64,000 nucleotides of DNA from Bigelowiella natans CCMP2755 (taxonomy: Eukaryota; Protista; Cercozoa): contig ADNK01001860.1 in the NCBI GenBank assembly GCA_000320545.1, positions 176,729-240,728 of the forward strand, read 5' to 3'. A model generated the notes under the pieces. It worked only from the letters and a program-made list of their open reading frames with translations. It made no database searches and was not told the origin of the DNA. Made by a program: the position numbers and the translations under genes. This document shows, piece after piece, positions 11,693-26,523 of this stretch; position 1 is the stretch's first letter; every line of letters starts with the position of its first letter.

Positions 11693-14600
11693 ATGCCAAC
11701 GACTGAAGAGGCTGCCGGCGCTTCCTCGCGGGCGATGGAGGTCGAGGGGGAGGAAGCTCCACCGAAGGAGGAAGGCAGCGCCGGACCTCAGGTTTTGTCT
11801 CTTTTTACCATGCTAGCGTAAGCATAGCCCTGTGGTGTTCCCTATGCACCAGAGGGTTTTCCAGTGTCGTATTTTCCCGTTTTCGCGACAGCACCCGGCC
11901 TCGGGTTGACCTGCGCAAGGAAGGAAATGGCTATCACTGGCTCTATTTCTCCGAGCGTGTGTCGATGCCTCACTGTCCCGTCGCTTTCTATCAAAAAATC
12001 TAACACGTCAAAATTTTCAGGTTCATACAACGCTGGCAAGTAAGATTTCTAACACTCAAGGTAGCAGCGAAGAGGGGAGCCCAGAAGGACCGGAACCCAT
12101 TAAAAGCAGCAGCAGTAGCAAGCCTGATGATGATAGACCTGCAAATATTGCAGATGAAAACGGGACCACTCAGCAGGATATTAACATTCTGGATTCAAAT
12201 AAATCGAGAAACAAGCCGGCAGTGGAACGGACCGATGATGTTATGACTGAAGGGAAAGAAGTGACCTGCCAGAGCTCCGCGATAACATCCGATAAAGCAG
12301 AAGCAGCAGAAGAAGAATCAAATGATGATGCTTCCAAAATGCTGGGCTCTGGTACTCTGGATGCCAAAACTGGGACGAAAGAAAGTGTCGAAAATGACGG
12401 GGGTGAAAATTCTCACCCGAAAGAGGCGCATGCTTCCTCCGTGTCTAATATAGCGTCGGAAGATAAGGCTGCCAAAGCTACCGAGACAAAAGCCTGTGAG
12501 ATTGAGTCTCCGAGCAGTCCCAAACCACGAGAGAGCGGGGAGGTAGGGGCTAAGAGGAAAGGGGCAGGAGCAAGCCCAACAAGCGCGGAGAAGAAGAGGA
12601 AAGTTGGTACGGGGGGAGGTAGGAAAACCCCTGACGGAAAGAGGAAGAAAAAGAATGAGGCCTCCCCTGCTGTTAAGAAGAAACCTACCCCAAAAAAGGC
12701 AAACCCCAAGAAGAAGAATGACAAGGGAGGGGAGGAAGAGGATCTGAGCGATATGTCTGCCGAGGAAAGCGAATCGAGCGACTATCGCGAAGAGGAGATG
12801 CATGTGCCAGACTGGTACATAAAGGGAGTGGTTTGCAAGCCGAAGGGGTTAATGCGTCCTGACGACGACAACGTAATTGAGTGCAAGGAAATGAAGGTCG
12901 AAGAAACGGCGGAGGAGAAGCGGGGACGAAAGGCTCTGAACAAGCTGGTAGGAGAATACTTCCTAAACTCTCAGAGCAATCGGGAGCGGTTTCTGTGCGC
13001 GCACCTGGATTTGTTTCGTCCCTTTCTGATCGAAAAAGCACGTACCAAATGGTACACGAAGCTACTGGACTTCACAAAAGAGTTAACGCCCGAGGAAGCT
13101 CTGAAGCAGGCCGAAACGGACGCTGCCAAAGAGCAGGGCAACGCGTCCCAGCCATTGTCATCGTCATCATCCTCTACGAAGTCATACCCTGACCTAGAGC
13201 CGCGTGCACGTTGGCTACGGGCAAGGGTAAAGGAGGAGAAGGATAAGCACGACCCTCTGAAGCAGCCCCCGAGCATAAAGAACGGCACGCTAAGAGATTA
13301 CCAGCTCATCGGCGTGAACTGGATCAATGAGAACGAAAACTACGGGAGCTCGGTCATCCTGGGGGACGAGATGGGACTCGGCAAGACTCTCCAGACGATT
13401 AGCTTCCTAGCGCACCTGAAGACTGTGAGAAAACTGGAGGGCCCGAGTGTAGTCGTTGCTCCTCTCAGCGTCCTCTCGAGCTGGATGAACGAGTTTGACA
13501 AATGGTGTCCGGAGCTCAAAGCGGTCAGGTTCCACGGCCCCTGGGTCGAACGGCAGCGCATCGCTCGAGAGTACTGTAAGGCGGGAACCTTCGATGTGAT
13601 AGTCACCACATATGAGATGGTCGTGGCGGCACAAGACTTCTTCGCGAACCAGTATTTCTGGCGGTATTTGGTTATTGACGAGGCTCACCGGCTCAAAAAC
13701 GAGGCAGCGCTCGTGTCACAGGCGCTGCTCAATGTCCCGCGCAGCGCTTGCCTCCTGCTGACCGGAACCCCGCTGCAGAACAACATGCACGAGCTGTGGT
13801 CCCTCCTGTACTTCCTGCAACCCGATCTCTTCACCTGTAGTGCCCCGTTTGATAAGAGCTTCGACATCGACAAAGGAAGCGTCAACAACACCAAGCTTGG
13901 CCAGGCCCACAAAATCCTGCGGCCCTTGATGCTGCGACGTAAGAAGAAGGACGTGATGACGGCCCTCCCCCCCAAGACAGAGACAAACGTGTACGTCCCA
14001 TTGGCACAGTACCAGGTGTTCTGGTACAAGAGGCTCCTCGCCCGTGACTCCGGGGTCCTTAGCAAGGTGACCGAGAAGTTTCACGATGACGATGATGACT
14101 TAGAGATGGCCGCGGACGGCTCGAGCAAGAGCAAGGCGAGAAAGGCGCCAGAGATAAGCCGGTTGATGTCGCTCTTCACCCAGCTACGAAAGGTCTGCAA
14201 CCACCCCTACCTGTTCCCCAACGCCGAGCTCAATGATGACGACCGCCTGCCAGAGAGCGAAGAAGGGAAACGGGGGGAGCACCACGCAATGAGCGTTATG
14301 CAGGACCACCACTTAATCAAGACCTCCGGAAAGCTGCGCGTGCTGGACAAGTTGCTGGTGAAACTGAAGCAGGAGGACCACCGCGTGCTGATCTTCAGCC
14401 TGTTCACAAGCATGCTGGACATCCTCGAAGACTACTGCCGTCTCCGAGGCTGGGAGTACTGTCGACTGGATGGCTCCACAAACAGGGTAAGGCGTGTGGT
14501 GGAGGTGAAGCGGTTCAACGCCAAGAACTCAAGGGTGTTCTTGTTCCTCATCTCCACTCGGGCAGGGGGGCTGGGTATCAACCTCCCCACGGCGGACACG

Positions 14601-15209
14601 GTCGTGCACTACGACTCCGACTTCAACCCGCAGGTTGACCTCCAGGCGCAGGACCGCTGCCACCGCATTGGCCAGACGAAACCCGTGCACGTGTACAGGC
14701 TGGTGACCGAGGGAACCGTCGAGGAGAGGGTGGTCATGCGCGCGCAGAAGAAGCTCTACCTGGACAAAATGGTCACTGGCCTCATGGAGACCAAGGCCAA
14801 CGAGAAAGAGAGGATGTCCACGGGAGAGGTGCTGAGCATGCTCATGTTTGGCGCGGACAGGATCTTCCGCGCCGATGATTCTTCCGGGGAGGTTGATTTG
14901 GACCAGCTGCTCAAGCGCAGTGCCAAAATGACGGATGCTGCGAAAAAACAGCTTGAGGGCCAGGAAGAAGACGGCAATGGCAAGAAGGAGGAGGGCGAGG
15001 GAGGGGACAACGACAAAGAAGACGATAACAACAACAAGCAGGGCCTACAGGACGGGAAGCTCAGCGCCAAGAACTTCGATTTCTCCAAGGCGGTGATGGA
15101 GATTCGTGAGTTTCAGGGAGTCAAGTACGACCGTTCCACCAACAATATGGCTACGGAGTTTGATAAGATCCGCCGCATGCTCGACATAAAAGAGGAGCAC
15201 CCAATCGTA

Positions 15210-15242
<33 letters not shown>

Positions 15243-16859
15243 GGTAAAGGCTCTAGCCGTAAGTCGCGGCGCTTGCGGAAGAAGCAAAAGGAAAAAGAAA
15301 GCAGGGCTTCAAAGCGTCGGAAAGCTCGAAGACTGCGCCGCGAGCGGGGCATGGCCTCTTCCTCTCACGCTGCCTCGCGCCACTCCAGAAAGCGACGGCG
15401 GAAGTCCGAGGGGGAGAGAGATTGGTGGGAGGCCCGCGCAAAGCTGCCTCCTCCCCGCAAGTTTGGCCCGCGCGTCACGTGGGCCTATAAACGGGAATCG
15501 GTGATAATTGAAAAGTTGATAGGAGGGGGGGGGGGGGGGGGAGTGTGAACGACGGCGTGTCGAAATGGAATTTGAATTGTCAGGGGGTTTTCACTTAAAA
15601 AAATACTGTTTTTTTGCCGTTGTTAACTACTATGGGAATGATCATTATATTAATAACAGTACTAATAACTGTAGCGGTTTATTAACAACAACGATGATCT
15701 AGATGACCCAACGCCTCCATCTCTCCTCATCATCATCACGGATTTCATAGGTTAATTGCTGCTTTCCGAAGGAAGATGAGACGGAAGAAGGGCAGCATGA
15801 GAAGGAGCCCCTCCCCCCCCTTATCCACACACGCCGGCTACAAAAGGAACTTCTCCCCGGTATGGTCACAGTGGTAGGAATGCGAGCAGATAACAACAAT
15901 AACGACAATCTAAATACTACCACTACTAATAAAATACTACCTCTACTTATAATAGTTACAGTATTGATTTTGATAACTAAATAGCAGCCGCCGTGTTGTA
16001 GTAGTAGCTTTGGCCCCAGGATGATGATTCCAACCGATGATGATGATGATGATGATGACGATGATGACAATGACTTCTTCCATTCTCACACAATATCATC
16101 ATCATCACCACCATTTCACTAGCCATCGAATCTCGAGCTGAGTTCAAAGGCTGGCTCAAGAAGCAAAAGAACTGGTGATGCTACCCTACATTGACAACAA
16201 CACACCCGGCAAACTAACACGTGACTCCGCCCTGTCCTTGTTCTCTTTCTCTCTTAAATATATGAGCTACTAATGTAGTAGTGAATCAACAAGATGCTGA
16301 TGATTATGTTTTTCACCAGGTGGTGGAGATTGCACGGTATGAGGAACAGACTGGCTCGGCAGCCTGCTGACGTTGCTTCCAGGCGCGCGAAGAGATTTGG
16401 CCTTACTGAGAGGATGCAAGCTAAGACCAACCTGCAAGTGGTAATCAGTCATGCTCGTTGTTGTTTTTCTCATTGTCGTGTTAACACAAAGTAAAATTTA
16501 TTTTATAATAATCATAACAATATTGATGATGATATCACCACTACCACCATCACCCGTAGGTAACTTGGAAGATTGACGACATCAAGCTCCTGGAGCACGA
16601 TTACTTCGTCACGCCAAGAGAAGGTATTTCGGATTGTTGTTGTTGTTGATGATGATGATGATGATGTTGATGATGATTACGGTGCAGACAGCTGGCATCC
16701 GCTTTAGCTGTTGGCAACTCCCCCCTCCCGCCACCGCCATTTTCCTTATAGTTTATTTATATATGTTATTCTTCTTCTTCCTCTTCTCCTGTTTACCAGT
16801 CCTAGAGGCGGCAGGTGGCGGTGACTATGATGAAATAAGCTCAGCGGTAAGTGAGTGAA

Positions 16860-16900
<41 letters not shown>

Positions 16901-18287
16901 TCGTCTGATTGTTGATGTTGGTGCTGATTATGCTGCTGGTGCTGCTGCTGCTGCTGCTGCTGTTCTTCGAGGGAGGCATGTCTATGAGTTCAGGGGGAAG
17001 AAGAGAGCTCCATGGATGGGCGCTGATAGCCTCGATGAGTTCTTAGATAATAATGACTATGACGACGAGGAAGAAGAAGAAGAAGAAGAAGAAGAAGAAG
17101 AAGAAGAAAGAGGAGAGGGAAAGAAGAAGGCGCGTCGAAATGATGATGGCAAACAAGCCGCAGAAGAACAAGAAGAGTCAAGATACCCAAGAAGAAGAAG
17201 CTCAAGGAGACGTACCACTGCTATAAATAGTAATGCAGCTGCGGAAAGAGATAAGGAAAATGAAGACGAGGAGGAAGAAGAAGATGATGAAAATGATGAC
17301 GACGAGGAGGAGGAGGAAGAGGGCGGTGGTAGCATCAAATCGAGGAAAAAGAAGAAGAAGCCGACTCCTGCATCTCGTTCATCAAAGAAAAGAAAATCAA
17401 CAAAGGTGCGCAATCATTGCGTCAGTAGCCTAAAAATTAAAGCAAAAACATCGGTGAATTTTGCCCACGAAAGAATCGCATACGCAAACACTTGATATTT
17501 ATATATTGTATGCCTTGGTCTTTGTGCTTTGCGGTTCTTCGTGTGACCCTAATGATCATTATTCAGAGATGGAAGCAAAACGACTGGTGTCATCTATGTA
17601 AGGTAATAATGATTCTGTTGATGATACTTGAAAAAGATCAAGAAGAAGAAGAAGAAGAAGAAGAAGAAGAAGAATGACGATGTTATGGTACTGCTCTCAT
17701 ACTCACACTGTACTCACATACTACTACTACTACTACTACTACTACGACTACCACTACTATTGCTACTGCTTCTCTTAGTGCGGTGGTGAAGATCTTGGTA
17801 GCTGTAATTGGTGTCCACGTTCATACCACGCGGGTTGCATTGGAAGGTAATATGAGATTTCTCTCTCCAGCCGCCCCATGGATCACACCATCATCACCAT
17901 CATCACCATCATCACTGCTCTCTAACCGAGGCTCGTGCATAAGTTATTATCACAATATATACAACCGATCACAGTCATCATCGTTGATTCTCAAGATACT
18001 ACTATTTCCTACTATTACTACTACTACTACTACTACCACTACCACGACGAACGTGCTGCCATCGTTCACGGTGATAGGGCGGAGATTCCAAAGGGCTACT
18101 TCTCGTGTCCCCAGCACCAATGCTCGGAGTGCGGGAGGAAGGTATTACTACCCTGCTCCACGAAGTGATGACTGATTGTTTTTTGAGGCTTTTATTGATT
18201 GCAATAATGGGCAAATCATTCTATTCTCCCTTGCAGTGTGGCCCTGGTTCTTATTTGATAATTTATCTTTATCATCGTCGTCATCAC

Positions 18288-18320
<33 letters not shown>

Positions 18321-18561
18321 TAGGCAAATGAGGCGGGGGGGCTTTTGTTCCGGTAGCCATTACGATATATGATAATAGCGACGATGACGACGATGATGAT
18401 GATGATGATGATTTACGACCACAAAGAATGACGACGACGATGATGATAATATACTACCTACGATTATTTGAGATATCCGGAGATTCACTCGCAAGAACAG
18501 CCGACATTCTCTTCCGTGTCATCATTATCACTACTACCATTGACGCCTGCTCTCCATTCCC

Positions 18562-18599
<38 letters not shown>

Positions 18600-18669
18600 T
18601 TTATTTATTTATGTGTGTGTGTGTGTGTGTGTGTGGCGCATATTCTGACATTCTGCTCTCTGCCGGCTG

Positions 18670-18714
<45 letters not shown>

Positions 18715-19370
18715 CCTCCAGGTGCGTGGTATGCCCCTGTGCGTACTGCGAGGACCATGTGCCCTCAGAACACAATTCAGGCCGCATCGATCTCCCCAAC
18801 GGTTAGTCAGTAGCAAGAGAGTATTCTTCAAGAAGAATTTATACACACGCACACACACACACACACACACACACGGATATAATATATGCATGTAGGAGAG
18901 GAGGACTGATGTTGAGTGCGCTCCCCCCCCCCCCCCCCCCTTCTACATATGTATATGTATGTGTGTATAATATCACATCTATCTTACAGGCTGCGAGGAG
19001 CTGGAGGAGATAGGCTACGTGCAGCCTAGCTCAGGTTGTGTCTCTCTTTTTCCCTTCTTTTCCGCCCCCATCCCGTGTGTTAGTGATTGATTACAGATTT
19101 TCCGATGATGTAAGACAAATACACAGCTACTTACTGGTTTATATATATATATATATATGTTGTTTTGACCCTCTTCTCGTGCATCCATCCCTTCCCCTTG
19201 TTGGTCCTCCTCCTCCTATTCCGTCTCCTCTTCCTACTGTCAATGCTTACCACACAAGCGTATTACATCGTGTGCAGCTACAGCTGTGTTAAGTACTACG
19301 ATGCGTTCAAAAACGATTTCGTCGGGTATAAGGAGGAGAACCGGCCGGATGGAAAAGAGACCGTCATGGT

Positions 19371-19408
<38 letters not shown>

Positions 19409-19442
19409 ACGAGAGGGTGGGGAGGAGAGAAGGGATAGAAGA

Positions 19443-19483
<41 letters not shown>

Positions 19484-20534
19484 ACAAATATGAACTCCAC
19501 CATCTTCCGATTTATTATCACTACCACCACCACCATCATCATCATCACGATCATCACTTCATAATCGCTCTCTTCTTCCTGATTATAACATCTCCTTCCT
19601 GCTGCTGCTGCTACTACTACTACTACTACTACTATTACTGCTACTGCTGCTGCCACCACACGTTGTAGATCGATGGCGAGGAGAAGCTAGTAGAGAAACA
19701 CCAATGCGCCTGTTGTGCGGGCTACGAGGTAGTACTACGACAACTAGAGATCATAACAATAATGATAATCATCATCATCATCACCATCATCAGTACTACG
19801 ACGACTACAGATCATAACAGTAATAATGGTAGTAATAACAATAATAACAATCGTCATCATCACAGGAGCCCGAGAAGCTGCACTGTTTGTGTCAAACACC
19901 GTATGACGAAGAGAAGTTCTACATCGGGTCAGTGAGTGAGTGAGGGGGGGGAGGGAAGAAGGAGCTTTGTGTTACTTCAAACGTTTGCTTATTAGTTGCA
20001 GCGGCAGCGGATGGACAAGATGAGATAATGATGATAATGATGATGATGATGATGATGATGATGATGTGAAGGAGGAAGAGGAAGAGGGGATTGTTGATCT
20101 TGTTTAATACGATTATTTCTCTCTTTCTTCCTGCCTTCCCCCCTCCCTCCCTCCCTCCCTCCTCTTTACATTGGTTAATACCGAATTCTCCTTCCTCGCG
20201 TTTGCTACAACTACTACTACTACTATTACTACTACTACTATTACTATGGTGATGATGATTGATTGCTTGTTTTGCTTGAAACAAAAATATTGATATTGAT
20301 AATGATAACAATAAAAGGTGTGATGAGTGCCGGAAGTGGTTCCATGGCGATTGCGTAGGCGTACAGGAAGGGGTAAGTTAGTCGCCTTGCTAGACCTAAA
20401 TGCAAGCAGTAGTAGCAGTAGTAGTAAGAGTACAACATGGGGAGAAGAGGAAGAGGAGGAAAAGGAACAGAGAAGCATTGGTAGCTCAATCAATCAATTC
20501 ACTCCAATCGCCGAGACGGAATCGATCTAGTATT

Positions 20535-20577
<43 letters not shown>

Positions 20578-21929
20578 CATGCTATTCCTCATATCTGCTG
20601 TATCACCTCTTGGTAGCAAATCCCCGAGGAGGAGAGCTGGACATGTCCTGTGTGTATCATGAAGCGCCGCCAGCAGCGATTTACAGGAGGACGCGCAGAT
20701 GAGGACCTGTTTGAAATTTCGCAGTATGCCCTTGAGCGCGCCGATATGTCAGGTTTGTCAGGCAGTAGTCGTGTAGTAGTAGTAGTAGTGGTAGTGGTAA
20801 TAGCATTGCTGTAAAGAGAGCAATAGACAAATGGGAGAGGGGCTGGTGATAAACGATGATAACGAATGATGAGGATGGTGGTCGTGATCACGCCCTCCTT
20901 TCCTATCCTCTTCACTTCACTTCGCTTCTCAGCTGCTCATCAATTATATTATTATTTTGACTCTCTTCATTTCCTTACTACTACTACTACTGCTACTGCT
21001 CCTACAGACGATGAGGATATAGGTACGCCGGTCTCTTCCGATTTAGAAGCAGTGGAGGTACACTACACTACCTAGTGATAGTAGTAGTAGTTGCAGTGTG
21101 TAAGTGGAGTGCTATAACAAGAACCGTTCAGACTGATAATTATTAGACAATGATCGTAAGGACTTCCATCCTCCTCTCCCCCTCCTCTCTCCATATACTT
21201 GATGAATACAACGACAAGCACGATGATCTGACACTGATATATCGCTCCCATCATATATCAATCCATCCAGGAGCTTCAAGAGCTGGCAACGACAAACTCC
21301 ACTACCACGGCCGCCGCTAGGAAGTTCATGGAGAGAATGACGTATGGAATTAATGAAAAAGAGGGGGGGGGGGGAACGAGGAGGAGTGGAAAATACCCAT
21401 TTCCTGCCATTTTTGTGCTGTTTCTTCTTGTATTGCTGCCATAGAACACTTCGCTATCTTTATCATCATCATCATCATCATCATCATTATCATCATCACC
21501 ATCACAATCATCAATACAATTCAGAAAAATGGAGCTGAAGAAGCGTTTGAAAGAACAGAAGAAAAGGGAGAAGGTGTGGAAAAGTGATGATGATGATGGT
21601 TGTAGGGTTGGCAATGCTGGTAGGAGAGGAGAGAGGAGGAACATGCATTGCTATCATTATCTGAAATACAACAATAGTGATAATAGTACTCATCATCATC
21701 AAATCTCATCATCATCATTATCATACGAAGGCCAAAGCAAAGGCGGCGCGGAAAGCAGCAAGAGCTGCTGCCAAGGCCGCTGCTGGCTCTGGGGCAGGGC
21801 CTAACTTGACGGATATTGCCAAGATTGTGAGGCAATGGGATCTTCAGCAAGTTTGCTCCCTTCTCATGGTCCTACTACTACTACTACTACTACCACTACC
21901 ACTACCACAACTACAACTGCTACTAATAG

Positions 21930-21976
<47 letters not shown>

Positions 21977-22288
21977 CGTGTATTATAGGTAAGCTGTGTG
22001 TGTGTGTGTGTGTGTGTGTTATTATACATATATATTTCCTGTCGTTTATCATCAATGAAATGGCTCTCCTCCTCCTCCTCCTCCTCCTCCTCCTCCTCCT
22101 CCTAATCCTCCTTTTAATGCCGTCGTTGTTGTTTTGATTGTTCTCCTGCTCCACTCACTGCTGCTGCTACTGCTGGTATTATAGGCGATGAACATACCGC
22201 AGTATATACCGATATTCCGAAGCCAAAACATCGTGGGGCTCAAGTTCCTCATGCTGGACCCCACCGCTATGGTTGTGTCATAACTATT

Positions 22289-22324
<36 letters not shown>

Positions 22325-22481
22325 ATAGCTTCGGTAGGGTTGGATTTTGATGATGATGAGGAGGAGGAGGAAGCGATGCAATCCAATGCAAGACGACAAT
22401 GAGCATGGTGATGATGACGATGATGATAATATTGAGTAGAATGAGGAGAATACTGGATGGTGATCTTCTTCATCAACCCAC

Positions 22482-22523
<42 letters not shown>

Positions 22524-22788
22524 CAACCAGGCGAAGCTCGGAATGAAGCCCTTCCACGCAGCTCGCTTATACAACACCGTGGCTGGCACAATTGCAGGAG
22601 CTGTCAAGGTGCTGCTCTCCTCCTCCTCCTCCTCCTCCTCCTCCTCCTCCCCCTCTTACTCTTTCTCTAGCTTATAGAGATGTGTATAGATGTGTAGTAT
22701 ATGTATTGATGTTCTTCCTTTCGTTCTCAGAAACGAGGAAGAGGCCGCCCCCCAAAGCGAAGGCCCCGAGGCACGGTCAGAATGATAC

Positions 22789-22824
<36 letters not shown>

Positions 22825-23226
22825 CGGGAAGTATTGTATATACACAGCATATATTCGCACACACTCTTTAGAGGAATGCTGCCAAACAGCAGTAACACAC
22901 TGAGAGGAGAGAAGAACGTAGGAGATAAAGAGCATGTTATTCCCACTACCATTTCAGGCTGCAGCGTTTGCGTTCAGAACCCAACAGCAGCTCCAATGGG
23001 TGCAGCAGCAGCATCAGCAAGCCTTATCATCATCGTCATCATCATCTCCTTCCAACATCAATAGTATGGTGTCACAGATGATGTACCAGCAGCAGATGAT
23101 GATGATGGTTAACGCCAATGCTGCTGCAGCAGCAGCAGGCTCAATATCATCACCCTTGAAGACCGGCAATGGCAGCCAAACGATACCTAGTGAGTTCCTG
23201 GCGGCGCTCGGTAAGAAAGACTATTG

Positions 23227-23268
<42 letters not shown>

Positions 23269-23535
23269 AGGAAGAGGAAGAGTAGTAGTAGTAGATGTGG
23301 TAAGGGTGTGTGATTTCTCCATTATTTAAAACCTGCGAAACCCCTTCCCCCCTCCCCCCCCTCCTCTCCCCGACAATAGGAAACGAGCAGAAGATTAGGC
23401 AAATGCAGCAAGGGGGCGGAAAAGGCCTCGGGAACAACGTAAGAGAGCAGTAGTAGAAGCAGGATGTATCACCTTGTGTTTTGCCTTGCGGCATCGCCAA
23501 CAACACTTTGTGCGTGTGAAGCTACTGCACTCTAC

Positions 23536-23581
<46 letters not shown>

Positions 23582-23633
23582 CAATGTATACTGTTCGTGG
23601 TTGTGTTGATTCTCGTCTTCGTGACGCTGGTCC

Positions 23634-23664
<31 letters not shown>

Positions 23665-23764
23665 GTCATCATCATCTCATCAGTTCTTATACGTGGACCC
23701 TTACCTCGGGATGTGGCCATCGGTGACGGCAAATCCAACCGTTGCGAGAACTCTAAGAGGTGTG

Positions 23765-23799
<35 letters not shown>

Positions 23800-24569
23800 C
23801 TGCTGCTTTGAATGATGATGATGATGATGATGATAATGACGATGATTGCTATTGTAACATAAACAATAGCGACAGCAGTAGGTGGATAAGCACCTTTCTG
23901 TCCTTAAAAGGCCTTTTGTACGTCGTCTTTTACTGACGATATGCATGGCTTTCATTTACCGATTGCTGTTTGTGCATGAATTATAGCCTGTAGCCCTCCT
24001 CATTATTTATGTGATCCCCACCACATGCGTACATGCATACATATATACATACATACACAACGTGCGTGCACGCAGTAATTCGAGGTTTCTCGGAGATGGC
24101 AGCGGAGTCAACGAAGCCGATCATGGTGAGAAGCCATCGACGACGACACGACACGTCCACTGTCTTCCTTTCCCTAATATTGCTTTGCTGCATCATACCG
24201 ATGTTCATGTCTATCAAATTGACATCGTCATCGTCGTGAGCATGGGTGTTGCTGCTTATGTATACCTTCAGATCATGTACCAGAATGGGAATTCTGTGCC
24301 GGTTTATGCTCCGCAAACTGGCTCGTATATGTTCCACAACGTGCCGCCGGGATGCCCCCTCCCAAGGTGCGTCTGTGCGCACGTGCTTGCATACAACTGT
24401 GTTTGTTGTTTCTATTAACTCCACGCTCAAGCAGTTGAGAGGGTATTTATTCTCCTGTTTCAGCAATCGCACTCATACCCATCGGGGGTTCTCTGTTTCC
24501 TTTATTATTGCCAGGCTCATCGACGTGGATCCACCCGCGCCGCCGCCAATGCCGCCACCATCGGCTTAA
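11693..24569 (+). CDS. SNF2-family (ISWI/CHD/LSH-like) chromatin-remodelling ATPase with C-terminal PHD, NSD-type C5HCH-like and further PHD fingers
   Basis: Exon 1 is 11693-11791; a ~3.4 kb exon 2 starts at 12021. Helicase motifs ILGDEMGLGKT, VIDEAH, LTGTPLQN, QLRKVCNHPYLF, STRAGGLGINL, QAQDRCHRIGQ. Downstream small exons give WCHLCK-CGGEDLGSCNWCPRSYHAGC, FSCPQHQCSECG, CVVCPCAYCEDH and LHCLCQTPYDEEKFYIG-CDECRKWFHGDCVG-WTCPVC. 3' end inferred. Confidence 0.85.
15525..23900. repeat. Dense intronic microsatellites ((GAT)n, (TAC)n, (CA)n, (TA)n, (GA)n, (GCT)n, poly-G/C)
   Basis: Nearly every intron in the 3' two-thirds of the SNF2 gene holds one or more perfect SSRs. The same occurs at 7.5-10.4, 28.6-33.7, 39.3-40.3 and 47.3-52.3 kb. 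Confidence 0.95.
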
Positions 24570-25167
24570 TGATGATGATGCAAAATCGCTGCGATTACAT
24601 TGCATGTTGCATCGATGTGTTTTTGACTTGCAGCAAGTAGGTGTTTCTTGATAGCGGGTCCCCGCATCGAATGAATGGTTTTGTGTATGGTTTGTGCCCT
24701 GTAAAATGCTGGTACATCGCTGTATTCAGCCCCCACATATCAATGCGTCCATGTATGTACCATCATAGAATGTCGCAATCCTTGCTATTATTTGCTAGCT
24801 GTGTGCTGCGCCACTACCGGTGTTGTCCGGTAAATATCGCAATATGGCGTTGAATCGTCTCGTCTAGTAGGTTGTGCAGCGACATACTCACTTAATGCGT
24901 ACTTGTGTGCTAGTGTGGCGTCCGATCCATGGACAATAACACTGCATGCTCACTGCTTAATTGCGTCAGTTGCTCATAGCATACAACAGCGACATCAAGT
25001 TGTATGATGTTACTCTGGTCGCATCGCGTAAGCAAATCGGACACGCAGGATACCGTCAAAGAATAACGACAAACATGCTACTCCAAGGCATAATTTTCAT
25101 TACTTTCGTGTACACGCTAAATAGCCCCACACAGCTAGTTTCATTTCTCGTTCTTGTTTACTACAAA

Positions 25168-26523
25168 CTAAGTAAGCGCTTTAATAAGAGACTCACACAT
25201 GCCATCAGGGTTGTTTGAGGTAGCATCGACGCTTATGACAATCGGTACGCCTTCTTCCTTCCTGTGTAGGATTCGCATAAAGCCTTTCTTTTCACGCTCT
25301 ATCTTTCTTTTTTGATTGCTGTCTACTTTGCTGTTATTTCCTTTTGTCTCATTGATGACGGAGATTGTGGCAATTCCCCCCCTTTGTTTCGTGAGTAGCC
25401 GGGTCACGATCGGTACAACGCGAAGCTGATGGGCGGGCCATGCGTGTGTCCTGGCAAAATAAAGAAATTGAACAGATGAGAGCTAGCAACAAGCAGTTAA
25501 GCTTCACTTAGAGGAAAGGATAAGTGCTTTGAAGCGACAATGGTCATGGTATTTGTATTCGAATCGAAATGATAGTACCGAAAATACTGGCAAATAGCCT
25601 TGTTCGTCTCGCTGTCTCTCTGCCGACGGTTTATCCTCCTGGACAGGCACACCTCACATCCCGCGTTGAGAATAACCAATATGTCGGCTAGCCCCACAAT
25701 ACTGCGATGGGAGGAAGAGTGACGATATTGACGACCTTACTGTGTCAATAGACATAGAAACGCGCTGTGTATAAAATCTCTGACCTCTCGTTGCACAGAA
25801 GAATATGTCCCTCCACAATCGCAAGGCCGACAGCCTTTTCTTGGCGTGTCTGTCTTGCAGCGTGCCACATTTTCCTCACCGACACGTTGAGAGCATGCTG
25901 AATTATGTATGAGGTAAAGCAAGATAGAGACGACAAAGCGGAGTATTTGGGTAACAGCCTCTCTCTAAGTTTCCTCACTACTACTACCTCCAAGGCGATA
26001 AAATCAACATGCTCCGGGCGCTCCATCGTATCATCAACAGCCTCTAGGGTCCACAAATATGCCGTTCGTTCGTAAGCACAATGTTAAGGGTATATAAATG
26101 GGGATATTACAACCTGTGTAGGGCACAAAACTTCCAGCAAAATACGAGTCTTGCGAGAGAACTACTGCAGGCATTCCAACCACATTCTGCCAAGCTGCCA
26201 AAACAATTGCTTCTCAATGGGGTTGCAAGCGTCTCTACATGACCACATACTAACAAACACTATCTACAGGACATAATTTCAACTCAGGTAACCAGGAAAT
26301 TCGTAGAAACTCAGATTTTAAAGAATGGGGCCTACTGCTAGGACTACCAGTCGCCAGCTTCCTGGACAGAGTGGATTTGCCAGAACCGCTGGGGCCAGTG
26401 ACTACTACCACAACCTTAATACATGTACATAGTGACAAATGACGTAAGCCTCTGTGCATGTGGGCTGGGGAATCAACGGGGTTCTATACCACACGCATCG
26501 TAGAGGAGACGCGCCTCCAGCAT
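25168..26523 (-). CDS. P-loop nucleoside kinase (nicotinamide-riboside/uridine kinase-like), multi-exon
   Basis: Exons VVVVTGPSGSGKSTLSRKLA (Walker A), VLSQDSYF, MERPEHVDF, IVEGHILL, CLSRRINR, AWPAH. Start codon uncertain. Confidence 0.7.

Noticed and set aside
12040-12060. Possible 21-nt GT-AG mini-intron in the SNF2 gene
   Set aside because: The frame is open through it from the 12021 acceptor, so no intron is required.
15700-23955. Poly-Ser/Leu/His/Val-Cys ORFs in the ORF track
   Set aside because: Translations of intronic microsatellites.
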